Virus record (IMG/VR): IMGVR_UViG_3300029882_000069
Direction: 5' to 3' (one strand)
DNA length: 36,325 bases
From: a virus
The notes under the pieces are model-generated. The model worked only from the letters and a program-made list of their open reading frames with translations, made no database searches and was not told the DNA's origin. Shown piece after piece: positions 19,094 through 26,184 of the stretch. Numbering within the stretch: the stretch's first letter is position 1; every line of letters starts with the position of its first letter. A program made the translations under genes and the position numbers.

Positions 19094-19217
19094 CGCCTGT
19101 ACTGGCTGGGAGCCCATCTACGTCCACACAGGCGATGTTCTGACGGACGCCACTGCAAAATCTATCTTGGCGCATGATGAGTACGGCGCCAAGCAGTGCG
19201 GATGGATTCACAAGTGA
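18936..19217 (+). CDS. o-spanin (Rz1-like lipoprotein), 93 aa, overlapping the 3' end of the i-spanin gene
   Basis: AGGAGG 6 nt upstream of an internal ATG of ORF 18867..19217. Signal-like LSLSLLLIPILLQAS|C lipobox. Short Pro/Cys-containing mature part. Confidence 0.6.
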   Translation: MPFPSYPSQPCQPRFLRRLSKTRSALRTLSLSLLLIPILLQASCATSGPVLTNACTGWEPIYVHTGDVLTDATAKSILAHDEYGAKQCGWIHK

Positions 19218-19705
19218 GCACGGGACGCAAGTCCGTTCCGGACGACGCGATATCCAGAGATCACATCGATGAGGCGATTAAAACCCTGTTGTCCAAAGTT
19301 TCCATCGACCATAAGCACTGGATACCCTACCTTGGAGGATATAACCAGAACTTCAAGCAAGACCCTGAAGTATTCTTCGATGCTCGCTTTCCCGATACCC
19401 TGGAGATTCGCGGAAAGACTATGCAGCCTTTCCGCTACATCCTTATCCATGAGTGTGTAGAAAAATCACTCATGGACGAACTCGGCCTGCGCTATCTCGT
19501 TGCCCACGACTTTGCTACGGCCTGTGAGCGCTCCGCCGTCGAAGCGGATGGCTTCTCATGGGCCGACTACTGCAATGCGCTTAGGCGCCCCATCCGCGAA
19601 GTTTCCAAGAAGCCAGCAAACCTTTGGGCGCCAGACGATCTTGACCTAACCCCTTATCAGCAAGAAAAAGCACCAATGCTGAAGCAGATAGAGGCTTCGC
19701 AGTAA
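19202..19705 (+). CDS. hypothetical protein, 167 aa, last gene of the late block (start uncertain: GTG 19196, ATG 19202 or GTG 19214)
   Basis: ORF 19196..19705. No motif recognised. Confidence 0.5.
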   Translation: MDSQVSTGRKSVPDDAISRDHIDEAIKTLLSKVSIDHKHWIPYLGGYNQNFKQDPEVFFDARFPDTLEIRGKTMQPFRYILIHECVEKSLMDELGLRYLVAHDFATACERSAVEADGFSWADYCNALRRPIREVSKKPANLWAPDDLDLTPYQQEKAPMLKQIEASQ

Positions 19706-20083
19706 TCACTGCCTCGCCAGCGCCGCAGTGAGTTTGTCGGCCCAAATCTTCATCTCTACGGGGTACGTTCTACGCATCCAACTAATGGCTTGCTCGATTG
19801 CCTCCACATCCACCGTCTTCCCCTTGGTTGCGGCGAGGTGGCGGGTGTTCCATCGACGCAGAGAGGAAAATTTTCTATCCTCAAGAATGCATTCACCGCT
19901 TGGATGTTCCGGATGGTAGAGGTAGTGGAAATCCTCGCCATAGCTAGCTTTCCGATTAACGATTTCAGGCATCATTCCGCAAAACGGGCACGGCAATAGC
20001 CCATTCTCGAACGGTGTCATGCGTCGGTGCCGCGTACCGCCGACTTCAATGCCTGGATCAGCGCCTATGAATTTCTCAGTCAT
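19706..20083 (-). CDS. Lar-family restriction-alleviation-like protein, 125 aa
   Basis: ...LLPCPFCGMMPEI...YLYHPEHPSGECILE...LRRWNTR matches the Lar signature (CPFCG ... C..C ... WN.R) as I recall it, with an extra C-terminal about 45 aa. Confidence 0.5.
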   Translation of the reverse strand: MTEKFIGADPGIEVGGTRHRRMTPFENGLLPCPFCGMMPEIVNRKASYGEDFHYLYHPEHPSGECILEDRKFSSLRRWNTRHLAATKGKTVDVEAIEQAISWMRRTYPVEMKIWADKLTAALARQ

Positions 20084-20271
20084 GGTCCTTTCTCCCGTGA
20101 CTCGGCGGACATGGCGTCTTCAAGGAGGTTCAGCTGCAACGTTACGTACTCGACTAGCGCAGGATCATGTAAATAGCCTTCCATATGCTCGCCAAGATTC
20201 GATATCACTTCCCGCATCGCCGCATCTTTCGCCTCGCGGGAATTGAGGAGGGCGGCTAGTTGGGTGAGCAT
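20080..20271 (-). CDS. hypothetical acidic protein, 63 aa
   Basis: ORF whose stop forms an ATGA overlap with the downstream start. Confidence 0.45.
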   Translation of the reverse strand: MLTQLAALLNSREAKDAAMREVISNLGEHMEGYLHDPALVEYVTLQLNLLEDAMSAESREKGP

Positions 20272-20342
20272 TCGCTAAATACTAGAAACGTGCATACATC
20301 TAGCAGTCAAAGCAAACTCTTCGGAGGTATAGGGTTTAATGT

Positions 20343-20546
20343 TCATGGCTGTGGGTCCGCTATTGAGTATGTGCCGTCAGGGTGGCCTACGTAATAGGTA
20401 GGCTGGCTAAGGGATGCTTGCTGAATTTCTTCTATCTCTCGCAGATAAAGACCGATTCGCTTCACCAGCATTGGACGAATGATTCGTGCAAATTCGCGAT
20501 CGATAAGCTTACCAACTAGCGGCATTACTCTATCGGTTTTGTTCAT
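20343..20546 (-). CDS. hypothetical protein, 67 aa
   Basis: Internal ATG of ORF 20343..20579 forming an ATGA overlap with the upstream stop. Confidence 0.45.
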   Translation of the reverse strand: MNKTDRVMPLVGKLIDREFARIIRPMLVKRIGLYLREIEEIQQASLSQPTYYVGHPDGTYSIADPQP

Positions 20547-21055
20547 GGCGACCTCGGGGCGGCGGCTGCAAGCACACATGCGTTTCGCATAGCTGACTCA
20601 AATGAGTCGCCCTCCGCATTTATGTACAACTCCACAGCGTCGCGCTGTTCCTCCGGCAGTGAATGCCACCAGCGTTGACCAGGTTCATCGCGTACAAATC
20701 TTACGATTGCACGCTTACGAATGCTCTGCACCGTTGTGTATAGGCACGACAAGTCGGCGTGATACCAAGCCCACCCATCCGGCACGCCAGTCGATGGCTG
20801 GGAGGGTGCCGACAAACGCGACGGCTGATACGGCGGTAGCTGATAGTAGTTGCCTTGCCAAATGATGCGATCACAATGGTCAGGAACGGGATGCACATAG
20901 TCCGATGCGTCAGCCACCGGCACAGCCTCACTCTCCCGGCGCTTTAGCTCAAGATCGATGGATCGCACCCAAAGTTTCCTATGGGCGTCGTCGCCCTCTA
21001 ATGCAGCGATGGATTCGCGCACCTGTTCCAACGACATGGGATTACTCGGGGTCAT
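20543..21055 (-). CDS. hypothetical protein, 170 aa
   Basis: ORF with ATGA coupling on both sides. Confidence 0.55.
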   Translation of the reverse strand: MTPSNPMSLEQVRESIAALEGDDAHRKLWVRSIDLELKRRESEAVPVADASDYVHPVPDHCDRIIWQGNYYQLPPYQPSRLSAPSQPSTGVPDGWAWYHADLSCLYTTVQSIRKRAIVRFVRDEPGQRWWHSLPEEQRDAVELYINAEGDSFESAMRNACVLAAAAPRSP

Positions 21056-21345
21056 GGCTTCTCTCCTATGGCGGCTATAAGGGCGGCGCGCATTGCGATC
21101 TTTCCGATGCTCGTAACGACAGCGCTACCCTGAGATTCAAAGGCAGCTCTCAATGCAGAAGTAACCATCTCATCCGACACCCCTTCGCGTACCGACTGGA
21201 TGTCGAGGATGGATAGGAGTTCGTCGGCGCACATAAGGTATGCGTTTGACTTACCTTGTTCATGCTCATAGTCAGACTCAAAAACTCGGCTGCGCCAAGT
21301 CCAAGAGGCGACCAACTCCCGCAATTTCTCGTCAGTGGATTTCAT
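21052..21345 (-). CDS. hypothetical protein, 97 aa
   Basis: ORF within the coupled leftward operon. Confidence 0.5.
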   Translation of the reverse strand: MKSTDEKLRELVASWTWRSRVFESDYEHEQGKSNAYLMCADELLSILDIQSVREGVSDEMVTSALRAAFESQGSAVVTSIGKIAMRAALIAAIGEKP

Positions 21346-21520
21346 GTCGCGCTCCCATCACTTCCCGTATGGTCTGTAGCCGCTTATCGCGGATCGTCTT
21401 GATCGCGTTGTCGTTGAACCGAACCTGCCACGATGAGGCTTTGCGGCCCTTGCGGCCAGCGGCGCTAAGGTCGTGTGTGCTGACGTGACCGCGCTGGAAC
21501 GGCTTTCCGGGACCGCTCAC
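21332..21520 (-). CDS. small basic protein, 62 aa (GTG start in GTGA overlap with the RecT stop)
   Basis: ORF 21332..21604 trimmed to the GTG that overlaps the RecT TGA. Confidence 0.35.
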   Translation of the reverse strand: MSGPGKPFQRGHVSTHDLSAAGRKGRKASSWQVRFNDNAIKTIRDKRLQTIREVMGARHEIH

Positions 21521-22509
21521 TCCGTCGCAACCTTCGGCAAGCGTGTTTTGATAACTTCGCGTTCGTGCGTGGTGAAAATTCCGCCCTTGCTGGGTGCTAG
21601 CCACAGGTCACATTGTGGACCGGCCTTAAGCTCATTCCAGGTTTCGGCCACGGTGTACAGGGCATCTACATTGTCATTGTCATCATCCCACAAGGCGATA
21701 TTGCGCTTGATCACTTCAATGACACCCTGATACTGATCTACGGCTTCGTCGTGCTTTTCTTTACGGCCATCTTCAAGCGTAAGCTGCGGTGGGCGGCCTT
21801 CAAAGTCGTATCCGCCTTCCGATACGTTGGCTACCTCAATGGCCTGAGCAAGACGATCATCGGTATACGGCCACGTCTTGCTAGCCCGTTTGATGACAGC
21901 CTTCTTGCTCATCTGCTCAAACCATTCTTCCCACGGCCCCTTGCGACCAGCCGATCCCTTGACGAATGCGCTCGATTTGCCGCGAATCTTTTCAAGCTCG
22001 GCAATGGGCATCGTCTCGGTGAGTATGTCGCCATCTTTGGTCTTGGCGATGCAGTACGCGCCTACAATCTCGCCGCGATCCTTCTTGAAGGGATCAGCCC
22101 GATGTTCGGGCATGGCTGCCGGGCCGTTGTAGCTGAACTGATCATCACCATAGACAACCTCAGCGCGTGACCAAAGTATGGCACCTGAGTCCGTGGCTAT
22201 CTTGATCAGGCCCTTGTAGCTGATATCCAGCACAATGGCGCCATCGCGTGGCACAAGGTAGGCATATCCATTGGCAGGATTAAGCGTGAGCCCTGTAGAG
22301 GCTACGTTTATCATCGCAAGGATGACGCTCTGTGGATTCTTGTTCGCCGTCTGCATCGAGAAGTCATTCTTCATCAATGCCTGCATGGCGAAGATCGATT
22401 CCTTGTCGTAGTTCACCGATTGTGCAGCAACCTTCTGGAAGCGATCCCGCGAATTCTTGATGGCCTCCTGGTACGGAAGAGCCTTCGCCAAGTTCGTATC
22501 GTTGCTCAT
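21517..22509 (-). CDS. recT: RecT-family single-strand annealing recombinase, 330 aa
   Basis: ...AMINVASTGLTLNPANGYAYLVPRDGAIVLDISYKGLIKIA... plus overall length and composition match RecT. Confidence 0.85.
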   Translation of the reverse strand: MSNDTNLAKALPYQEAIKNSRDRFQKVAAQSVNYDKESIFAMQALMKNDFSMQTANKNPQSVILAMINVASTGLTLNPANGYAYLVPRDGAIVLDISYKGLIKIATDSGAILWSRAEVVYGDDQFSYNGPAAMPEHRADPFKKDRGEIVGAYCIAKTKDGDILTETMPIAELEKIRGKSSAFVKGSAGRKGPWEEWFEQMSKKAVIKRASKTWPYTDDRLAQAIEVANVSEGGYDFEGRPPQLTLEDGRKEKHDEAVDQYQGVIEVIKRNIALWDDDNDNVDALYTVAETWNELKAGPQCDLWLAPSKGGIFTTHEREVIKTRLPKVATE

Positions 22510-22958
22510 GCCGATTTCTCCGCAACGGATTTCTCACGCAAAGCCATCATGTCGAAAATCTCGCCAGCATCCGCGAATACGCTGTAAGCCTCTTTCTTCG
22601 TAGCCATGCGTGTGTATCTCCAGTCGTCGAAATGGTTGTAATCGCTTCCTACCTGAAAGCTCTTGATCTCGCCTTCGTCGCTGCGCCACACTCGGAAATA
22701 TGAATTTCCCCAATGCATCCCAAAGCTCGGCTGATCGTACAAATCACCTTCTGGCTTGAACTCTGAAAATGATGGATGCTTGGGGTAAACGTACACATAC
22801 ACGCACCAACGATGCGGACCTTCACTATCGAAGCATCCATCATCATGAAAAACATGACACTCATGGCGCGATACTTCGACTGCGAAATTTGATCCCTCAC
22901 GCTTCCAAACTTCCTTGCGCTTCCAGTTATCCGCTGGAACTGATGTTAAGTTGCTCAT
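22506..22958 (-). CDS. hypothetical protein translationally coupled to recT, 150 aa
   Basis: AAGGGA RBS and ATGA overlap with recT. His/Cys/Trp/Tyr-rich. No exonuclease motif recognised. Confidence 0.55.
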   Translation of the reverse strand: MSNLTSVPADNWKRKEVWKREGSNFAVEVSRHECHVFHDDGCFDSEGPHRWCVYVYVYPKHPSFSEFKPEGDLYDQPSFGMHWGNSYFRVWRSDEGEIKSFQVGSDYNHFDDWRYTRMATKKEAYSVFADAGEIFDMMALREKSVAEKSA

Positions 22959-23016
22959 CTTAGAATCCCTTGATAGTATCGGCCTGAGCCGTTTGGATGT
23001 CTCACCATCCGATTAA

Positions 23017-23045
23017 CGCGCCTATCGAGCATTGCTCTAGGCGCG
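23017..23045 (-). terminator. 8-bp GC-rich hairpin in the leftward operon (possible attenuator/terminator or RNA-processing site)
   Basis: CGCGCCTA-N13-TAGGCGCG, read directly. Only a weak U-tract (UUAAU) follows on the minus-strand transcript. Confidence 0.3.
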
Positions 23046-23053
23046 GGTTCTTG

Positions 23054-23218
23054 TTACACCTTCACGTCATCCGTTACAACGTCTCGCGCATCATGATCCA
23101 CAACATGCGACTCATCCCGCTCCGCAAGTATGTACTTGTAAGACCACTCTGCGCGGCGCTCAGCGTTACTTAGCTGGCGTATTTCCTCCATCGATTGTGC
23201 GTGCATCAATACGCCCAT
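23054..23218 (-). CDS. small hypothetical protein, 54 aa (below ORF-track cutoff)
   Basis: Hand-translated MGVLMHAQSMEEIRQLSNAERRAEW...DDVKV*. GGAG 8 nt upstream. Confidence 0.35.
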   Translation of the reverse strand: MGVLMHAQSMEEIRQLSNAERRAEWSYKYILAERDESHVVDHDARDVVTDDVKV

Positions 23219-23340
23219 GGCGGATTCTCCTGTAATGGCCTAACCACGATAGTAAGCAGCAATCTCTCTAGCCTTAAAAGGGCGAAAAGTTCTTCGCGCT
23301 CCTCGCTGCTAAGTTCCATCATTTCATGTAAATCAGGCAT
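23200..23340 (-). CDS. small hypothetical protein, 46 aa (below ORF-track cutoff)
   Basis: Hand-translated MPDLHEMMELSSEEREELFALLRLERLLL...*. TAATG overlap with the HNH stop. Confidence 0.3.
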
Positions 23341-23825
23341 TAAAGATGTTTTTCGCATCTCAAATCCTCCCACGTTTTTGAGCATTTTATCTTGCTTACA
23401 TAAGCTCTAGAAACTCCATACAACTCTGCAATCTTAGCGTTTGTCAGGTTCAAAGAACGTATCAAATTTATTTGGTCAAAAGTTAATTTTGCCCGTGGAT
23501 GAGTGTAACCAGAGAATCTACCTTTTTTATATCTATCAATCACATTTTCCTTTTGAGTGCCCAAGAAAAGATGTGAGGGGTTCACGCATGCCGGAGTATC
23601 GCATCTGTGACAAACGCACATTCCTTTAGGTATCCTACCCTTGTGTATTGTGAAGAAAAATCTGTGCGCTGAAACAGATTTCTTCCCTCTATATACTCTT
23701 CCATACTTTGCCCTATCCCATTTTCCAAGCCAAAGCCAACAACCTGTTTCAGTAACATCTGCGTAGTTGTTCAATAAAAAATTAGTAGCCCATCCCACAT
23801 CAATTTCTACCGCCTCAATACTCAT
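23340..23825 (-). mobile_element. HNH homing endonuclease gene, 161 aa (164 aa if ATG 23834 is used), in an AT-rich island
   Basis: ...CWLWLGKWDRAKYGRVY...SAHRFFF...CVCHRCDTPACVNPSHLFLGTQKENVID... is the HNH_3-type signature. The C-terminal part is HTH-like. GC is visibly lower than in the flanks. Confidence 0.85.
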
Positions 23826-24181
23826 GTTAGGCATTCCGTCTTAGCATCATCGAAAATGTCCTTAGCGAAACTCTTGATAGCCAGTTCGCGCAGCCTCTTG
23901 CCAAGTTCGGCATCATCGCCATTGGCCAGCAGTTCAACAATCTCTCCCTCCTTCAGCGAGTACACGGCATCGACTAGAGCGGTATCCCATCGGTCGGCAT
24001 GGTCCAAGTGCGTTACGGAAAGTCGCTTGCAGCAATCCATTACATCCAAGTCCATTCCCTTCTCGTCGTAAGTTTCCTCATTTACGAGACGATCACATTC
24101 ATCCTCGATCAGCATCGCGATAGCTTCCATCGGCGTGCGATGCCATGGAGAGTGAGGGATTTGTTTTACCCAAGTGTTCAT
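23822..24181 (-). CDS. strongly acidic small protein, 119 aa
   Basis: ORF with ATGA overlaps on both sides. About 27 Asp+Glu versus about 14 Lys+Arg by hand count. Confidence 0.55.
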   Translation of the reverse strand: MNTWVKQIPHSPWHRTPMEAIAMLIEDECDRLVNEETYDEKGMDLDVMDCCKRLSVTHLDHADRWDTALVDAVYSLKEGEIVELLANGDDAELGKRLRELAIKSFAKDIFDDAKTECLT

Positions 24182-25608
24182 GACTCAATCGCCGGATGAT
24201 AGGTCTCTTCGGTCAGACCAAATGTCCAGGCTACCGCTGCATGGGCCTTGGTGAGTTCAGGACTTACGCGAATGCTGTACTCCTTGAACCTTGATCCTTT
24301 TGGAGAGTTCATAGCTGCTTTCGCCGCGTCCCCAAACACTTCTATTGCCTCCTCACGCGTCATCACACCGTCAGGCTCCGGTGTCGAATTAAGGACGCGA
24401 ATCATCACGATAGGTTCGTCATTAGGCACTTCTTTGCGGTACAGAATTCCCGTAGCATCCCTATGAATAATCTCCGATCCGGAATCGAGCATGTAACGAT
24501 TCATGCCGTAACGCTCGATCATTACACGGCGAATTTCGGCATTCGATTCGTTGGCAATCCGTGTGACCGTGATCGATGATCGATCTTCAATAACGTCAGC
24601 AGGCACACGAACCCCGTGAATCGCATGGATGCTCCAACCGTCTGGATATTTCATGGCTGCTTCGCTTTCGTTATGCAGCCGGCCTTGATCGTCGCGATGC
24701 AAGGAGACAGGTCGCTCCGTAAGAATCACCCCGCCAGCAAAAGGCCACCACCATCCGCATTCTGAGAGTAAATCCAAGCCAGCCAACTTGTTGCAAATCT
24801 CCATTCCAAAAACTTGGCCAAAAAATTCGTAAAAAGCCAGCCACGCCGAGTCTTGTTGACCATACCCTGCTTCCCAGACCTGATCCCCGACCTGAGCCCC
24901 GACCTGATCCCCGACCTGAGCCCCGACCTGAGCCCCGACCTGATTCAAGACCTGAGCCCAGACCTGAGCCCAGACCTGATCCCCGACCTGAGCCCAGACC
25001 TGATCCCCGACCTGATTCCTGACCTGATCCCCGACCTGATTCAAGACCTGAGCCCAGACCTGATTCAAGACCTGAGCCCAGACCTGAGCCCAGACCTGAG
25101 CCCCTACCTGAGCCCAGACCTGAGCCCCGACCTGATTCCTGACCTGATCCCAGACCTGATTCCTGACCTGATCCCCGACCTGATTCCTGACCTGATCCCC
25201 GACCTGATTCAAGACCTGAGCCCAGACCTGAGCCCAGACCTGAGCCCCTACCTGAACCCAGACCTGATCCCAGACCTGATCCCAGACCTGATAACTGACC
25301 TGATTCCTGACCTGATCCCCGACCTGATCCCCGACCTGATTCAAGACCTGATTCCTGACCTGATCCCCTGAAATATTAGGAGAATGAGCGAGAAAATGCG
25401 CACCGATAGCTCCGGCAAAGGGAGAACCAAGCCAAATCTTCAGTTTTGGAATGGGAAGACCGGCGCAGCGATAGGCTTCGTCAGCGGCGTGTTCCATGGC
25501 CTCACGATCACATGGCCCTGTAGCCAGACCACGAGCCATCCACTTATCACGGAACTCCGGCAAGCGGCTTACTTGTTCTTTGTTGAGTTTTTCGATGCGC
25601 TTAGCCAT
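24178..25608 (-). CDS. tetrapeptide-repeat protein: N-domain, 41 x (x-x-Q-V), W-rich C-domain; 476 aa
   Basis: Long ORF in the early leftward operon. The repeat keeps perfect register. The flanking non-repetitive domains look like ordinary protein. Confidence 0.8.
   Translation of the reverse strand: MAKRIEKLNKEQVSRLPEFRDKWMARGLATGPCDREAMEHAADEAYRCAGLPIPKLKIWLGSPFAGAIGAHFLAHSPNISGDQVRNQVLNQVGDQVGDQVRNQVSYQVWDQVWDQVWVQVGAQVWAQVWAQVLNQVGDQVRNQVGDQVRNQVWDQVRNQVGAQVWAQVGAQVWAQVWAQVLNQVWAQVLNQVGDQVRNQVGDQVWAQVGDQVWAQVWAQVLNQVGAQVGAQVGDQVGAQVGDQVWEAGYGQQDSAWLAFYEFFGQVFGMEICNKLAGLDLLSECGWWWPFAGGVILTERPVSLHRDDQGRLHNESEAAMKYPDGWSIHAIHGVRVPADVIEDRSSITVTRIANESNAEIRRVMIERYGMNRYMLDSGSEIIHRDATGILYRKEVPNDEPIVMIRVLNSTPEPDGVMTREEAIEVFGDAAKAAMNSPKGSRFKEYSIRVSPELTKAHAAVAWTFGLTEETYHPAIES
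24877..25368. repeat. 41 tandem 12-bp units (plus strand GACCTGnnnCCn) inside CDS 24178..25608
   Basis: Read directly. The invariant GACCTG half alternates with about 8 variant 6-mers (atcccc, agcccc, agccca, attcaa, attcct, atccca ...). Confidence 0.95.
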
Positions 25609-25610
25609 GA

Positions 25611-25931
25611 TCAGTCCTGTACCGACCGAATGGATTCGGGGTGGTATTCTCTTTGGATAACGATCTCGTAGAAACCAGCGGGAAGAGGGATTGTTGCGTG
25701 TTCCTCGTGCACTACGCTCGCAGCGCTGGCAACTTCCAGGAAGCGGCGAACAGCACCCGCCGCATCGGCCCGCGTGAACTCCACAGCGTCCTCCACACGC
25801 ACGGCATGGGCGTGGCCGGTCACTTCGCCGTGAGCTAGGACGATTCGGAATTCATTTTTGACGGCAGTGGAACCGTTGGGCAGCTCAGCAACCTGCCGGA
25901 TCATAACGTCGCCTTGACGGAACATTTTCAT
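25611..25931 (-). CDS. conserved-looking hypothetical protein (RQGDV...GEVTGHAH motif), 106 aa
   Basis: ORF. The motif pair is one I recall from uncharacterised small phage proteins. Confidence 0.6.
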   Translation of the reverse strand: MKMFRQGDVMIRQVAELPNGSTAVKNEFRIVLAHGEVTGHAHAVRVEDAVEFTRADAAGAVRRFLEVASAASVVHEEHATIPLPAGFYEIVIQREYHPESIRSVQD

Positions 25932-26068
25932 GCGTCTTCCTCTTTGTTGGTTGAATCGTTGGTTGCCATGCGATCAGCATATCGCTGGCGTGGCTCGTGA
26001 TGCTTGGCGATGGACTGCTCAAGCAGGGATTGGAGTTCGTCTAGCGAAAGGTCATCGTGCATTGTCAT
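25928..26068 (-). CDS. first leftward gene, small acidic protein, 46 aa (below ORF-track cutoff)
   Basis: Hand-translated MTMHDDLSLDELQSLLEQSIAKHHEPRQRYADRMATNDSTNKEEDA*. ATGA overlap with the next gene. Confidence 0.4.
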   Translation of the reverse strand: MTMHDDLSLDELQSLLEQSIAKHHEPRQRYADRMATNDSTNKEEDA

Positions 26069-26091
26069 CCCCGTGGTTCGTCTTGAGGCAC

Positions 26092-26120
26092 ATTGGAACA
26101 CGTCTTTTTTCTAGTGTCAA
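26092..26120 (-). promoter_or_regulatory. candidate leftward early promoter (TTGACA-17-TCCAAT on the minus strand)
   Basis: -35 at 26120..26115 and -10 at 26097..26092, read directly. It heads the minus-strand operon. Confidence 0.5.
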
Positions 26121-26126
26121 TAGTGT
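26112..26126. promoter_or_regulatory. direct repeat TAGTGT-N3-TAGTGT between the divergent -35 boxes (candidate operator)
   Basis: TAGTGTcaaTAGTGT, read directly. It overlaps the leftward -35 and abuts the rightward -35. Confidence 0.35.
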
Positions 26127-26128
26127 AC

Positions 26129-26157
26129 TTGCTAAATGTTGTCCGATGTGATGAAAT
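26129..26157 (+). promoter_or_regulatory. candidate rightward early promoter (TTGCTA-17-TGAAAT with a TG extended -10)
   Basis: Read directly, 28 nt upstream of the Cro-like gene. Confidence 0.45.
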
Positions 26158-26184
26158 GGTCTCGAACTCTAGCAGGAAGAACCC

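Noticed and set aside
24877-25368. A possible CRISPR array
   Set aside because: The units are 12 bp and contiguous with no spacers. They lie in frame inside a long ORF, and no cas genes are present.
24814-25371. Plus-strand ORF of 185 aa reading [10 protein letters not shown]...
   Set aside because: It is the antisense shadow of the 12-bp repeat. It consists of nothing but the repeat and has no flanking domains. It runs against the leftward operon, whereas the minus-strand frame continues into normal N- and C-terminal domains.
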